Positions 18,992-32,526 of a stretch of DNA of 64,000 bases are shown here, in pieces (position 1 is the stretch's first letter; each line of letters begins with the position of its first letter). This stretch comes from an uncultured Candidatus Binatia bacterium. Lineage in GTDB: Bacteria; Desulfobacterota; Binatia; Bin18. The notes beneath the pieces are model-generated. The model did no database searches. It was not told the origin of the DNA and saw only the letters and a program-made list of their open reading frames with translations. Position numbers and translations under genes: made by a program. The stretch covers positions 1,536,001 to 1,600,000 of the forward strand of contig OZ241744.1 of NCBI GenBank assembly GCA_965200965.1. The letters run 5' to 3'.

Positions 18992-21720
18992 GAGTCCTTC
19001 CTCCCCTCCGCCTCAGAGATACGCCGCCGCAGGGCAGCGGCAAGCTGGTCTGGATCAGTAATTTTGTCGCCCTGGCTGTCGGTGACATAGAAGACATCCA
19101 GGATTTGATGCACATTGGTCGTAATTTTGGCCAGATGGATGATCAGCCCGAGCTGGAACAGGGCCGCGGTGACCCGAAACAGGAAGCCGGTTCGGTCGGG
19201 GGCCGTGACATCAATAACGGTATACGCAGGCGAGCTGCTGTTATCGACCGTTATCTCGGTCGGGACACGCGCATAGTGCCGGTCGAGGTAGTCCGGCGGG
19301 CGAGTCGTGTGGAGCAGGTCCTCCAGCGTCCGCTCTCCGCGCAGCACCGCGCCGAGGCGGATCCGCAGCCGGGCCCACAGCTCGCTATTCATAACGACTT
19401 CAGCCCGCCCGGCGTGGGACAGCCGAAAAACGTCGAGCGCGAGACCATCCCGACTCGTTGAGATACGCGCACCGGCAACATTGAGGTTGTTGACCGCCAG
19501 CACGCCGGTCAGCAGCGCAAACAGACCCGGCCGATCGTGGGTCACAATGGTCAACTCGCTGTACTCGCGCTCGGGACGATGGACGAGGGCGAGCCGATAC
19601 GGGTCGTGTCCGGCCTGGTGGCCGTCGGCCTGGATAAAACGGGTGAGTAAGCGGAAATGGTCGGGGACGGCCTCTTCCGGGGTCAACAGAAAATAGCTGT
19701 CCGGCATGTCGTCCAAAAAGGCCCGCAGCTGGTCGGGGGTGGCCTGTGCCCGGCTTGGCAACAGCGTCGCCAGCATGTCTTTGCGGCGTTGAACGCGGGC
19801 CTGGGGGTCTTCTTCAACCGACAGGCCGGTCTCGAAGCGCTCCAGTGTACGCAGATACAACTCGTCGAGCAAACCCGCCTTCCAGCTGTTCCACACCTGA
19901 GGGCCGACCGCCTTCATATCGGCAAAGGTCAGCAGGTAGAGCTTTTTGAGCATGTCCTGATGCTCAACGGTCCGGGCAAACTCGGCGATCAGACCGTCGT
20001 CAGAGATATCCCGGCGCTGGGCAATATACGACATCAGCAGGTGGTGTTGGACGAGCAGATACCACTCGTGGGCGTCGTCCTCCGCCATCCCCCAGCGCTC
20101 GGCCGCCTGGCGCACCATGAGCGCGCTGCGCTGCTCGTGCTCACTGCCGTGGCCCTTGCCAACGTCGTGGTACAGCATAGCCAGGAACAGCAGCTGAGGC
20201 TGGTCAATTTCGCGCATGACCTGGGTCAGCAGCGGCAGGTCTTCTTTGAACTGCCCCTCGCGCAGCTGCTCCAGGGCGGCCACGCCGTACAGGGTGTGCT
20301 CATCCACGGTGTAGACGTGGTAGAGATCGCGCTGAATGCGCCACTGCATCATGCCAAACTCGGGCAGAATCCAGCCCAGCACGCCCAGACGGTGCATCAG
20401 CCACAGGGTGTCGGCCACCCGCTGTTTCCAGTTCAGCACCGCGTACAGGGCGCTGCGCACGGCCGGACTTTCTCCGCCGTCGGGCGGCAGACGGTTGAGC
20501 GCGTCGCGCAAGAGTTGCTGGGTGGAGCGGGACATATGCACGCCGTGGCGCTGGGCGTCGTGAAACACCGTCACTATATTGACCGGCTCGTCGGTCAATA
20601 TCTCGGGCCTGGTGACCGCTAGGGTCTGGCCGTCGATTCTGACCCCGGGCCGGATATCGCGTCCCCGTCTGCGCCGGAAAAATGACCGCCGGGGCGTCTC
20701 AAGGCACTGCTCCAGCATCAGACGCGAGAAGTCGTACAGGGTGGTGGCGTGGCGGTAATACTCGTACATGAAGCTGGCCACATCGGCAAAGCCAAGCTGG
20801 GGGGCGAGCTGGTCCTGTTGCTCAACGGTCAGCTGGTCGCACTCGCTGTGGGTGGCCAAGTGCAGGGCGTTGCGCACCCCCCACACAAATTCACGCGCGG
20901 CTTCAACTTGGTCAAGGCGCTGTTGGGGGACGATCCCCTTCTGGAACAGATCGTGCCAAGTCCGAATCCTGAACTTGACCTTGGCTAGCCACCAAGCGGT
21001 GTGGAGGTCGCGCAGACCACCCGGGCTGTCCTTGATGTTGGGTTCAAGCCGGTAGGGAGAGTTGCCGTGCTGGGCGTGCCGCTGGCGGCTCTCCTGAGCT
21101 TTTTCTTGAAAAAAACGTTTGGTCTGGCTGCCGATAATCTCACGCTCAAGAGCCAGCTCAAATTCCCGGCTCAGCTGTCCATCGCCGCACAGCGGTCGGG
21201 CATCAAGCAACGAGGTTTTGACTTGCAGGTCTTGGGCGGCCAAGCGGGTACAGGTGCGCACCGTGCGGACCGCATGGCCGACGACACACCCAGCATCAAG
21301 CAGGTTGTAGTAGAGCATCTCGCAGATCGTCTCGACATACGGAGTGACTTTCCAGTTATATAAGAACAGCAGATCAAGGTCCGAATAGGGGTTGAGCTCG
21401 CCTCGGCCATAGCCGCCCTGAGCCAGGACCGCACAGCGTTGTTGGAGGCGGGTATGGCGGCGGGTGTAGAGTTGGCTTGCGGCGGCGAACAGATACTGAA
21501 TCAAACGGTCGATGTGGGCGGTATAGTGGCTGACTAGCTCCCCGCCTCCGACGCCGTCCCGCTGCTGCTTGGCCAGATTCGCCCGCAGGCGGGTCACATA
21601 GTCTTTGCTGATTGTTTTGAGATCGAAATCCGGGCCGGCGTCCAACTCGGCCGGAGGCAGGGGGGGCAGGATAAGGCCGGACGGGCGTATCAGACCGGTC
21701 CCGGGCGGAGCGACTGGCAT
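18958..21720 (-). CDS. glnD: [Protein-PII] uridylyltransferase
   Basis: GGYGRGELNPYSDLDLL, EPNIKDSPGGLRD, YHVYTVDEHT, HD domain (HDVGKG), WNSWK and two ACT domains. Confidence 0.96.
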   Translation of the reverse strand: MPVAPPGTGLIRPSGLILPPLPPAELDAGPDFDLKTISKDYVTRLRANLAKQQRDGVGGGELVSHYTAHIDRLIQYLFAAASQLYTRRHTRLQQRCAVLAQGGYGRGELNPYSDLDLLFLYNWKVTPYVETICEMLYYNLLDAGCVVGHAVRTVRTCTRLAAQDLQVKTSLLDARPLCGDGQLSREFELALEREIIGSQTKRFFQEKAQESRQRHAQHGNSPYRLEPNIKDSPGGLRDLHTAWWLAKVKFRIRTWHDLFQKGIVPQQRLDQVEAAREFVWGVRNALHLATHSECDQLTVEQQDQLAPQLGFADVASFMYEYYRHATTLYDFSRLMLEQCLETPRRSFFRRRRGRDIRPGVRIDGQTLAVTRPEILTDEPVNIVTVFHDAQRHGVHMSRSTQQLLRDALNRLPPDGGESPAVRSALYAVLNWKQRVADTLWLMHRLGVLGWILPEFGMMQWRIQRDLYHVYTVDEHTLYGVAALEQLREGQFKEDLPLLTQVMREIDQPQLLFLAMLYHDVGKGHGSEHEQRSALMVRQAAERWGMAEDDAHEWYLLVQHHLLMSYIAQRRDISDDGLIAEFARTVEHQDMLKKLYLLTFADMKAVGPQVWNSWKAGLLDELYLRTLERFETGLSVEEDPQARVQRRKDMLATLLPSRAQATPDQLRAFLDDMPDSYFLLTPEEAVPDHFRLLTRFIQADGHQAGHDPYRLALVHRPEREYSELTIVTHDRPGLFALLTGVLAVNNLNVAGARISTSRDGLALDVFRLSHAGRAEVVMNSELWARLRIRLGAVLRGERTLEDLLHTTRPPDYLDRHYARVPTEITVDNSSSPAYTVIDVTAPDRTGFLFRVTAALFQLGLIIHLAKITTNVHQILDVFYVTDSQGDKITDPDQLAAALRRRISEAEGRKDSWRSRTPSREA

Positions 21721-21722
21721 GA

Positions 21723-24201
<2,479 letters not shown>

Positions 24202-24284
24202 CAGCCCCTCTCCTTCTTTGGCGTCTGTTTGGGGTCTCGCATCGCACGGCGCATCTAATAGAATCCCCGTCCCAGCGTCAAGAG

Positions 24285-24560
24285 CTAGCCGGCGGAAGGC
24301 GGTACAACGACTTGGCGCAGGACGCTCAGCGCAAGCTCGGTATCTGCCCCGCTTATCCGCACTTCCAGCACGCTGCCATGTGGGGCACCTAAGGTCAGCA
24401 GTTCGATCACGCTGCGGCCGTTCACCGTCCGGCCATTCCAACTGACCATCACCTCGACTTCGCAGTTGCGCAGGCCCTGGACCCACATTGCGGCCACCCG
24501 GGCGTGCAGGCCCTCGGGGTGGGCGAGGGTCAGGCGAACAAGGGTGGGCGGCGTTGTCAT
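24285..24560 (-). CDS. HPr-family phosphocarrier protein
   Basis: GLHAR (His15-equivalent) and [13 protein letters not shown] (Ser46-equivalent); 91 aa. Confidence 0.85.
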   Translation of the reverse strand: MTTPPTLVRLTLAHPEGLHARVAAMWVQGLRNCEVEVMVSWNGRTVNGRSVIELLTLGAPHGSVLEVRISGADTELALSVLRQVVVPPSAG

Positions 24561-24585
24561 GTCTATCCGGCGGCCCGGGCCACAC

Positions 24586-25053
24586 TTAGCGGTGCTGATC
24601 GCGGTGGCGGATATGGGCACTATAGCCGCTGTCAGCCAGACAGCGGCCGAGTTCTTCGGCCACCGACACCGAGCGATGCCGACCGCCCGTACAGCCAAGG
24701 GTCAGGGTCAGATAGCTTTTGCCCTCCCGGACATACAGGGGCAGGCTGAAGACCAGGAGTGCGCTCAGCTGGGCCAGAAAACGCTTGGCTTCGGGACAGG
24801 CGAGCACAAAAGCCGCGACTTCCGGCGAGTGGCCCGTAATGCCCAGACCAACCCGACCGATAGGCTGATGGCTGTTCTCGCACAAGCTCAGAAATTGGGG
24901 GACGAGGGTCACCGGCAGATTGGCGATACAGTAAAATCCGAGGTCTTCCAGGGCATGAATAGCTGTGCTCTTCCCCGAGCCGGACAAACCGGTCACGATC
25001 AGGACGCACCTAGACGGTACTGACGGCGGACCGGGGGGAGGCGACACGCTCAC
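24586..25053 (-). CDS. rapZ: RapZ/YvcJ homolog with a large in-frame internal deletion (155 aa)
   Basis: N-terminal [11 protein letters not shown]...EDLGFYC..NLP is fused directly to C-terminal EGKSYLT...[10 protein letters not shown]; the central motifs are missing. Confidence 0.8.
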   Translation of the reverse strand: MSVSPPPGPPSVPSRCVLIVTGLSGSGKSTAIHALEDLGFYCIANLPVTLVPQFLSLCENSHQPIGRVGLGITGHSPEVAAFVLACPEAKRFLAQLSALLVFSLPLYVREGKSYLTLTLGCTGGRHRSVSVAEELGRCLADSGYSAHIRHRDQHR

Positions 25054-25511
25054 AGCTTGGCGTCCTCTCGGGAGATCAGCCGGAACAGCTCAGCCTGGTT
25101 CTCGCCCTGGAGCAGGCGTTCCCGAAACGCCTTGTCCTTGAGCAGGCGAGATACCCGGGCCAGGGCTTTGAGATGAACGCCGGCTGAGTCTTCGGGCGCA
25201 ACGAGCAAGAAAAACAGCTGGGTCAGGGCCCCGTCCAGTGATTGACAATCGATCCCCGACCGACTGCGGCCGAAGACGGCCACAACGCCTTTGAGTCCTG
25301 GCAGTTTGCCGTGAGGGATGGCAATCCCCTTGCCGATGGCCGTCGTGCCCAGCCGTTCTCGCTCAAGCAGGACCGCCAGCAGGGTCTGGGCGTTGATGTG
25401 GGGATAGTAGGCAGCCAACTGCTGGGAGAGTTCGTGGAGGACATCGGTCTTGGTCGTGCTGCGCAGTTGGGGAACAACGAGCTCTTGATTCAGGATATCG
25501 ACCACACGCAT
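25050..25511 (-). CDS. ptsN: PTS EIIA-Ntr
   Basis: [18 protein letters not shown] and [10 protein letters not shown]; directly after rpoN. Confidence 0.9.
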   Translation of the reverse strand: MRVVDILNQELVVPQLRSTTKTDVLHELSQQLAAYYPHINAQTLLAVLLERERLGTTAIGKGIAIPHGKLPGLKGVVAVFGRSRSGIDCQSLDGALTQLFFLLVAPEDSAGVHLKALARVSRLLKDKAFRERLLQGENQAELFRLISREDAKL

Positions 25512-25544
25512 AAAATGCCGTTCTTGTGTTGTATAGGCCGCGTC

Positions 25545-26999
25545 CTAGCGCGGTTTCTTGCGTTTTGATGACGAGGGAATATGGAGCGCCTCACGATATT
25601 TGGCCACCGTGCGGCGCGCGATGGTGATGTGATCAGCCGCCAGCCGGCAGGCAATTGCCTCATCGCTCAGCGGCCGGTCGCTTTCCTCGGCCTGGATCAT
25701 TTGGCGGATGCGTTCTTTGACGCTAGCGGCCGCAATGTCCTGGCCGTGACTACCTTTCAGACCGGTGGCGAAAAAATTCTTGAGCGTCGCAATACCGCGC
25801 GGCGTGGCAATATATTTATTGGCAATTGCGCGGCTGACGGTTGACTCATGAATTCCGATTTCGTCCGCCACCTCACGCAATACCAGGGGCCGCATACGGG
25901 AGACCCCGTAGGTCAAAAAATCCTTTTGAAACATGACGATGCTCTGGGCAACCAGCAGCAGGGTGCGTTGACGCTGGTGGATGCTCTTAATCAGCCAAGC
26001 TGCGGCACGGAGTTTCCCGCGTACATACTCTTTGGCAGCACCGTCCGGACTGTTCAGAAAGCGACGGTAGGAGGCGTTCACCTTGAGCCGCGGCAGGCCG
26101 TCTTCGTTGAGCGCGACTACATACTCATCGCCGACCTTGTAGACATACACATCCGGGGTAATATAACAGGTATCCCCTCCACCAAAGTTGCGACCCGGCT
26201 TGGGCTCCAGGCTCGCAATCAGACGGACCGCGCACTCCACCCGTTCGGCACTCATCTCCAACACTTTGGCCAAGCGCTCGCTGGGCTGAGCTTCGAGCAG
26301 GCCGAGATGGGTGTCAACAATGCGCAGGGCCAGACTGAAGACGGGATCACCATTGCCCCCCGCTTCGCCCTGCCGCAAACGCAGCTGGGAGAGCAGGCAC
26401 TCGCGCAGGTTGCGAGCCCCAACCCCGGGTGGATCACAGATCTGGATGAGACCTAAGACCTGTTCGACCTGAGCGGTCCCGACCTGTCTGGCCAAGTCAG
26501 AGGAACTTTGTGCGGCAATGTCGGCCAGCGGCGTCTGCAAATAGCCGTCAGTATTGAGTTCGCCAATAATCAGCGAGGCAAGGTGCTGTTCCTCGGGACC
26601 CAGGTTGTGAAAGCGGAGTTGATTTAAGAGGTGCTGTTCCAAAGATGCGGGACGGTTGGGATGATTTTCAATCAGACTCGGCCGCTCCTCGTCCACCTCT
26701 TCGCCACTGGAAGTCGGCAGGGATGGCATATAGCTCTCCAGATAGGTATGCCAATCAATTTCCTCCTCGGCACTTTTCTCCTGGGCCGCAGTTGGTGGAC
26801 CGTCAAGCAGCGCGACCTCTTGATCACCAGCCGCTTCAACGGCTTCGACTCCCAGCACCGGGTTCTGGTCGAGTTCGTCATGAATCAGGATGTCTAACTC
26901 GCCCCGGGGCAACTGTAAAATCTTGATAGCCTGCTGCAGCTGGGGCGTAATGGCCAGTTTTTGCTGGAGTTTTTGTTGAAGTCGGGCTTCTAAGGCCAT
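25545..26999 (-). CDS. rpoN: RNA polymerase sigma-54 factor
   Basis: TPQLQQAIKILQL, DPPGVGARNLRECL, HESTVSR and the RpoN box ARRTVAKYRE; start MALEAR. Confidence 0.97.
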   Translation of the reverse strand: MALEARLQQKLQQKLAITPQLQQAIKILQLPRGELDILIHDELDQNPVLGVEAVEAAGDQEVALLDGPPTAAQEKSAEEEIDWHTYLESYMPSLPTSSGEEVDEERPSLIENHPNRPASLEQHLLNQLRFHNLGPEEQHLASLIIGELNTDGYLQTPLADIAAQSSSDLARQVGTAQVEQVLGLIQICDPPGVGARNLRECLLSQLRLRQGEAGGNGDPVFSLALRIVDTHLGLLEAQPSERLAKVLEMSAERVECAVRLIASLEPKPGRNFGGGDTCYITPDVYVYKVGDEYVVALNEDGLPRLKVNASYRRFLNSPDGAAKEYVRGKLRAAAWLIKSIHQRQRTLLLVAQSIVMFQKDFLTYGVSRMRPLVLREVADEIGIHESTVSRAIANKYIATPRGIATLKNFFATGLKGSHGQDIAAASVKERIRQMIQAEESDRPLSDEAIACRLAADHITIARRTVAKYREALHIPSSSKRKKPR

Positions 27000-27042
27000 A
27001 CGCGTGTCTTCCTCAGCCGCTTGTGGGTGGTGGCCAGGACTC

Positions 27043-27774
27043 TCATAGCCGAAAGCGCTCACCCAAATATGCCTGCCGGGCACGCGTGCTGGTGGTCAGT
27101 TGCGCGGGCGTGCCTTCTTCAAAGACTTGGCCATCACTCAGGATATAGGCGCGATCACAGATACTCAGCGTTTCGCGGACATTGTGATCGGTCACCAACA
27201 CGCCGATGCCGCGTGTCCGCAACTGGACAATAATATCCTGGATATCAACCACCGACAGGGGATCAATCCCGGCAAAGGGTTCATCAAGCAGCATAAAGGT
27301 CGGGTCCATGACCAGGGCGCGAGAGATTTCGACCCGCCGTCGCTCTCCACCCGACAGCGAATCGGCCCGATTTTTGGCCAAATGGCTGATATGCAGGTCG
27401 GCCAGCAGATGTTCGAGGCGTTCCCGACGCTGGCTTTTTGTCAGGGCCAGGGTCTCAAGAATGGCCAGCAAATTCTCCTCAACCGTCAGCTTGCGAAAAA
27501 TCGACGGCTCTTGGGGCAAATACGTCACGCCTCTGCGCGCGCGTTGGTGCATGGGTAAAAATGTAAAGTCTTGGTCGTTGAAACACACCCGGCCTCGGTC
27601 GGGACGAATGACGCCGACAATGATGGAGAAAGTGGTGGTTTTTCCCGCCCCGTTTGGCCCCAACAGGCCGACCACCTCTCCCCCCTTCACCTCGATTGTG
27701 ACATTGCGCAGCACAGGCCGTCTGGCGTAGGTTTTATGCAGTCCCTCGCCGCGCAAAACTGGCTCTGCGCTCAC
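27043..27774 (-). CDS. lptB: LPS export ABC ATP-binding protein LptB
   Basis: GPNGAGKTTTF, YLPQEPSIFRKL, LDEPFAGIDP and TDHNVRETL. Confidence 0.96.
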   Translation of the reverse strand: MSAEPVLRGEGLHKTYARRPVLRNVTIEVKGGEVVGLLGPNGAGKTTTFSIIVGVIRPDRGRVCFNDQDFTFLPMHQRARRGVTYLPQEPSIFRKLTVEENLLAILETLALTKSQRRERLEHLLADLHISHLAKNRADSLSGGERRRVEISRALVMDPTFMLLDEPFAGIDPLSVVDIQDIIVQLRTRGIGVLVTDHNVRETLSICDRAYILSDGQVFEEGTPAQLTTSTRARQAYLGERFRL

Positions 27775-28427
27775 TGAGATGTCGTCCCTGGTGCGTTGTC
27801 CGACTGCGGAATGAGCCGCATGCGCGCCCGACCCTCAACCACACTCCGCCGCTCGTCAAGATAGACGCTGACCCGGTCGCCGCTGACCTGGTTGGCACCC
27901 TCACGCAGGACGACGTTGCCACTCAGGATTACCGTCCGTTTGTCCTGGTCAAAAATGAACTTTTGCCCGGTTGCGTAGCCGTTTTCGGCCTGCAACCTGA
28001 CATCACCCTCGGCAATAACCTCTTTGAGACGCTGTTGGGAGGTGGGAGACGGCGAGGACGGCTGCGTCGTGCTCTTTGACTGGGACAGATCTTCATAGGT
28101 GACTGTCAGTAGATTACAGGTCAGGGTTACCTCGCCCTGGGTGACCACCACCTTGTCCTGATACTGCACCCGTTTTTCGGCGTATAAAAACTCAAGACTG
28201 CCCGAGCGAATATCAATAGGCTGCCTGCGGTCGGCGAAAGACAGCGAATCAACAAAGCTTTGGCCCGCCCCTTGCCCCGAGCGGAGGTTCTGGGTACCGC
28301 GGTTGGTCTGTCCGGCGCTGTTGCCAGGCTGCCCCACTAGGAGGAGGGTCAGGCCGGCCGACACCAGCACTCGGTCGGTCCAAGCGGACCGGGACAGGAA
28401 GTGCCAAGAGCGCCTAGATATTGTCAT
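27771..28427 (-). CDS. lptA: LPS transport periplasmic protein LptA
   Basis: OstA-like beta-jellyroll pattern, signal-like N-terminus, position between lptC and lptB. Confidence 0.82.
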   Translation of the reverse strand: MTISRRSWHFLSRSAWTDRVLVSAGLTLLLVGQPGNSAGQTNRGTQNLRSGQGAGQSFVDSLSFADRRQPIDIRSGSLEFLYAEKRVQYQDKVVVTQGEVTLTCNLLTVTYEDLSQSKSTTQPSSPSPTSQQRLKEVIAEGDVRLQAENGYATGQKFIFDQDKRTVILSGNVVLREGANQVSGDRVSVYLDERRSVVEGRARMRLIPQSDNAPGTTSQ

Positions 28428-28995
28428 CAGCCCTCTTCCTGGCGAGTGTGGTATGAACTTCGGCGTAGAGGCTGACCCGCTTCTCGTTCATCGCTATCCG
28501 ATAGCCACGCGCTTCAACGTTCAGGTCCTGGCCAACAATGTAGACCGTGTCCGATGCCGAGACCGTATTCTCGGCGCTGTCGTACAGCGCGGTTTGGGTT
28601 TTAAGAGAAAACTCGCCGATCTGTATTTCCAGGTCGCCGCTCAGCTTCATACGGACAATCTCCTGCATGCCATCGCCGAGCAAGATTCTGCCTTCTCGGC
28701 ACCGCAGGGCAATAACCTCACCGCTGTCGAGGTACAGAGACACGCTCGGAGAATCGACAAGCAACTCTCTGCTGTCCTCAAAGAAACGCGCCCGGGTGGC
28801 GGCAATTTCCCAGATTTTTTTTCCGTCGTGCCTTTTGACCCGCCGGAAATTTTGCATCCGCTGGTCTGCGTCGACTGGGAGTTCTTGAGCGCTCTGGGGC
28901 TGGAGCCACAGCCCCACGCCCAAGCGGTAGCCAATCCCAGCCAGGATGCATATGACAACAGAACCGATAACAAAACGTGCCTGATTTCGACTCAT
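28414..28995 (-). CDS. lptC: LPS export protein LptC
   Basis: Single N-terminal TM, KKIWEIAATRA and beta-rich periplasmic domain; synteny. Confidence 0.78.
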   Translation of the reverse strand: MSRNQARFVIGSVVICILAGIGYRLGVGLWLQPQSAQELPVDADQRMQNFRRVKRHDGKKIWEIAATRARFFEDSRELLVDSPSVSLYLDSGEVIALRCREGRILLGDGMQEIVRMKLSGDLEIQIGEFSLKTQTALYDSAENTVSASDTVYIVGQDLNVEARGYRIAMNEKRVSLYAEVHTTLARKRADDNI

Positions 28996-29016
28996 TGAGA
29001 GACCACCTGGGCAGGT

Positions 29017-29044
29017 AGCATACCACCTCTGCCAAACCGGGCAA
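29017..29044 (-). promoter_or_regulatory. Internal sigma70-type promoter for lptCAB-rpoN
   Basis: Minus strand TTGCCC, 16-bp spacer ending TGG, then TATGCT. Confidence 0.45.
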
Positions 29045-29094
29045 AGGGGAGACCCGCCCCCGTCCGTTCGGATGAGATCTCGACCGGGATGTCC

Positions 29095-29946
29095 CTAGGC
29101 TTTCACTAGTCGGTCAATGCTCTGCAGGGTCTGTAACAGCGACGTGAGTTGGTCCAGAGGAAAAACGCTCGCGCTGTCGCTGCGGGCTTGGTCCGGGTGG
29201 TGGTGAACCTCCATGAACAGGCCGTCAATACCCACGGCCGCCGCGGCCCGGGCCAGAGGAGCGATGAATTCCCGCTGACCGCCCGAGCTCGGACCCTGCC
29301 CTCCGGGCAGCTGCACGCTGTGGGTGGCGTCATACACCACGGGGTAGCCGCTGTGGGCCATAATCGGCAGCGAACGGAAGTCTGAGACGAGATAATTATA
29401 GCCAAAACTGGCTCCCCGTTCGGTCAGCAGAATATGCCGATTGCCGGTTGAGGCAACTTTTTGGGCCGCATGGGCGATATCGGCCGGGGCGAGAAACTGG
29501 CCCTTCTTGATATTGACCACCCGACCGCTCTGGCCAGCCGCAATCAACAGGTCTGTCTGACGGCACAGAAAGGCCGGAATCTGCACAATATCGGCCACTT
29601 CTGCCGCCGCCCGGACCTCCTGGGGAGTATGGACATCGGTCAGAATCGGTACCTCTAGTGCACATTTCACACTGGCCAGTATGCCTAGCCCCTCGTCCTG
29701 GCCCGGTCCCCGGAAGGACTCCACCGAGGTCCGATTAGCCTTATCGTACGAGGATTTATAGACCAGCGGGATGTGGAGACGATCGGTCAGACTTTTGAGA
29801 GCTTGGGCGTGATACAGGGCGGAATCCCGGCTCTCAATGACGCACGGGCCAGCCATCAGGACAAACGGTCGTCCCTGGCCACACACCAGGGGGCCGATTG
29901 GGACGGCGTTTGGGCGACACTCGCGGATCATATGCCTGAGGCTCAC
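29095..29946 (-). CDS. kdsA: KDO 8-phosphate synthase
   Basis: [35 protein letters not shown] and DATHSVQ. Confidence 0.97.
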   Translation of the reverse strand: MSLRHMIRECRPNAVPIGPLVCGQGRPFVLMAGPCVIESRDSALYHAQALKSLTDRLHIPLVYKSSYDKANRTSVESFRGPGQDEGLGILASVKCALEVPILTDVHTPQEVRAAAEVADIVQIPAFLCRQTDLLIAAGQSGRVVNIKKGQFLAPADIAHAAQKVASTGNRHILLTERGASFGYNYLVSDFRSLPIMAHSGYPVVYDATHSVQLPGGQGPSSGGQREFIAPLARAAAAVGIDGLFMEVHHHPDQARSDSASVFPLDQLTSLLQTLQSIDRLVKA

Positions 29947-31664
29947 CCTTCCCCACCGTGAATAATGTGGTTCATCCTGAGCTGTGGATCAGGCAGAGAG
30001 GATGAAGCACATGAAGCCTGCAACAGGGGGGCTGGGTCATAGCGGGCTCTGCGCTGTAGAGCCGCCTGAATAAAGCCCCTGAACAGCGGATGACAGTCAA
30101 ACGGGCGCGATTTAAACTCGGGGTGGAACTGGACGCCGATAAACCACGGGTGGTCGCGCAGTTCAACAATTTCGATCAAGCTCCGATCGGGCGACATGCC
30201 GCTAAAGATCATGCCTTTCTGGCTTAATTGGTGGCGATAGGCGTTGTTGAATTCATAGCGGTGGCGGTGCCGCTCGGAGACACGCTTCTTGCCGTAGACC
30301 TTGGCGGCCAGACTGCTGTCCAGGACCGTGCAGGGATAGGCACCCAGGCGCATTGTGCCACCTTTTTCCAGAATGTCGTGCTGGTGGGCCATGAGGGCAA
30401 TGACCGGATGGGGGGTGTCAGGGTCAATCTCGGCCGAGTTGGCCTTGTCCAGACCGCATACATTGCGGCTGAACTCAATCACCGCCATTTGCATCCCAAA
30501 ACAGATGCCCAAAAACGGGAGGCCTTCTTCGCGGGCATGGCGCACGGCCGCAATTTTGCCCTCCGTGCCACGCTGGCCAAAGCCCGTCGGGACCAGAATA
30601 CCGTCGGCTTGGTGCAGCGCGTCCGGAAACCCGCCGGCTTCGAGCCGTTCTGAGTCGATATGGTCAACCTCAACCCGACACTCGTTGGCAAAGCCACCGT
30701 GCGCCAGGGCTTCGTTCAAGCTCTTATACGAGTCAATCAGATTGACATATTTGCCGATCATGACAATCCGCACCCGGTCTCGTGGCTGCTGAAAAGCCCG
30801 GACAATTTTTTCCCAGCGGCTCAGGTCTGGGGTGCCAGTCCACATATTCAGCTTATCAACCACACACTGATCGAGCCCCTCCTGATGAAAGACCAGCGGG
30901 ACCTCGTAGATGCAGTCTGCGTCTTTGGCCGTAATCACCGAGTGCTCGTCCACATTGCAGAAATGGGCAATTTTGGCTTTGACCTTGGGGTCAAGGGAGC
31001 GGTCGGTCCGACACAGCAACACATCGGCTTGAATTCCTACACTGGTCAACTCTTTGACGCTGTGTTGGGTGGGTTTGGTCTTGAGTTCACCGGCCGCCGA
31101 GATAAAAGGCACCAGGGTCAGGTGGAGGTATAAAACATGTTCCCGTCCCCAGTCCCAGCGGAACTGGCGGATCGCCTCCAGAAACGGCAGGCTCTCAATA
31201 TCTCCGACCGTGCCGCCCACCTCGCAGATGGCAACGTCAAACCCTTCTGCGGCACTCAGGATGCGCCGCTTGATCTCATCCGTGATATGCGGAATGACCT
31301 GAACCGTGCCGCCCAGATAGTCGCCTCGACGCTCCCGAGCAATGACCGTGTCGTAGACTTGACCGGTGGTAAAGCTGTTCTGGCCACCAAGCGAAGTCGA
31401 AACATAACGCTCATAATGCCCCAGATCGAGGTCGGTCTCGGCCCCGTCATCGGTTACAAAGACTTCCCCGTGCTGAAAGGGGTTCATGGTACCGGGATCA
31501 ACGTTGATATACGGGTCCATCTTCAGCAGGGTGACCTTCAGCCCCCGGCTCTCTAACAAGCCACCGAGCGACGCCGCGGCCAAGCCCTTGCCCAAAGACG
31601 AAACAACCCCTCCTGTGACAAAGATAAACTTTGTCTTGCGCCCTTCTCTCCCAGCGGTCGTCAT
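29943..31664 (-). CDS. pyrG: CTP synthase
   Basis: [37 protein letters not shown] and QFHPEF. Confidence 0.98.
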   Translation of the reverse strand: MTTAGREGRKTKFIFVTGGVVSSLGKGLAAASLGGLLESRGLKVTLLKMDPYINVDPGTMNPFQHGEVFVTDDGAETDLDLGHYERYVSTSLGGQNSFTTGQVYDTVIARERRGDYLGGTVQVIPHITDEIKRRILSAAEGFDVAICEVGGTVGDIESLPFLEAIRQFRWDWGREHVLYLHLTLVPFISAAGELKTKPTQHSVKELTSVGIQADVLLCRTDRSLDPKVKAKIAHFCNVDEHSVITAKDADCIYEVPLVFHQEGLDQCVVDKLNMWTGTPDLSRWEKIVRAFQQPRDRVRIVMIGKYVNLIDSYKSLNEALAHGGFANECRVEVDHIDSERLEAGGFPDALHQADGILVPTGFGQRGTEGKIAAVRHAREEGLPFLGICFGMQMAVIEFSRNVCGLDKANSAEIDPDTPHPVIALMAHQHDILEKGGTMRLGAYPCTVLDSSLAAKVYGKKRVSERHRHRYEFNNAYRHQLSQKGMIFSGMSPDRSLIEIVELRDHPWFIGVQFHPEFKSRPFDCHPLFRGFIQAALQRRARYDPAPLLQASCASSSLPDPQLRMNHIIHGGEG

Positions 31665-32395
31665 GGCAACATCTCCTCTGCACGACATAGATCGAGCGGC
31701 GTGTCAACCTCGACCGTCGGCCGTTCCGTTTCCGTCACTCGAATCTTATAGCCCCATTCCAAAGCCCGGAGTTGTTCGAGCTGTTCGGCCTCCTCCAAGG
31801 GGGTTGGCGCAAGCCTGCTCAAGGCCAACAGGAAGTCTCGACGATAGACATACAGGCCAATGTGACGGAAGCTCCCCCTGTGGGCTGGGCTGGGCAGCTG
31901 ACGGTAAAACGGAATCGGGCTGCGCGAAAAATACACGGCAAATCCGTCCCGGTCGGTCACCACTTTCACCACATTGGGGTTCTGCCACTCCTCACGGCTC
32001 TGAATCGGCGTCTTGACCGTGGCCATTGCCGCGCCCGGACTGTCTTTGAGGGCGTTCACCGCATCGCCGACCAGGGTTGGCGGGAAAAAGGGTAAATCAC
32101 CCTGAACGTTGACAATAATGTCGGCCGCAAGGCCCTCGGCGACCTCGGCCAAGCGGTCTGTACCGGTCTGATGATCGGCCCGGGTCATTGCCACTTGGCC
32201 GCCGACCGCACCCACCGCCGCGGCAATCCGTCCGTCATCGGTCGCCACCATAACCCGGTCCACACCCGGCACTTGGCAGGCCTGGTGGTACACATGCTGA
32301 ATCATCGGTTTGCCACGCAGCAGGGCCAGGGGCTTTCCTGGAAAACGCCTAGAACCGTAGCGTGCCGGAATGAGAGCGACAACTTCCACACTCAA
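31661..32395 (-). CDS. kdsB: CMP-KDO synthetase
   Basis: [33 protein letters not shown] and LEQLRALE. Confidence 0.96.
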   Translation of the reverse strand: MSVEVVALIPARYGSRRFPGKPLALLRGKPMIQHVYHQACQVPGVDRVMVATDDGRIAAAVGAVGGQVAMTRADHQTGTDRLAEVAEGLAADIIVNVQGDLPFFPPTLVGDAVNALKDSPGAAMATVKTPIQSREEWQNPNVVKVVTDRDGFAVYFSRSPIPFYRQLPSPAHRGSFRHIGLYVYRRDFLLALSRLAPTPLEEAEQLEQLRALEWGYKIRVTETERPTVEVDTPLDLCRAEEMLP

Positions 32396-32448
32396 GCCAT
32401 ATTCGGTTGATAGATCACAGCGCTGGGGAACCGTGCTTGCGGGACCCC

Positions 32449-32477
32449 ACCATAGACCACCGGACCGTGATCGTCAA
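32449..32477 (-). promoter_or_regulatory. Sigma70-type promoter for kdsB-pyrG-kdsA
   Basis: Minus strand TTGACG-17 bp-TATGGT. Confidence 0.6.
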
Positions 32478-32526
32478 ATGCGGGCCTGACCCTTGCCCGC
32501 CGCCGGACAGGCTCAGCCGACGTTTT

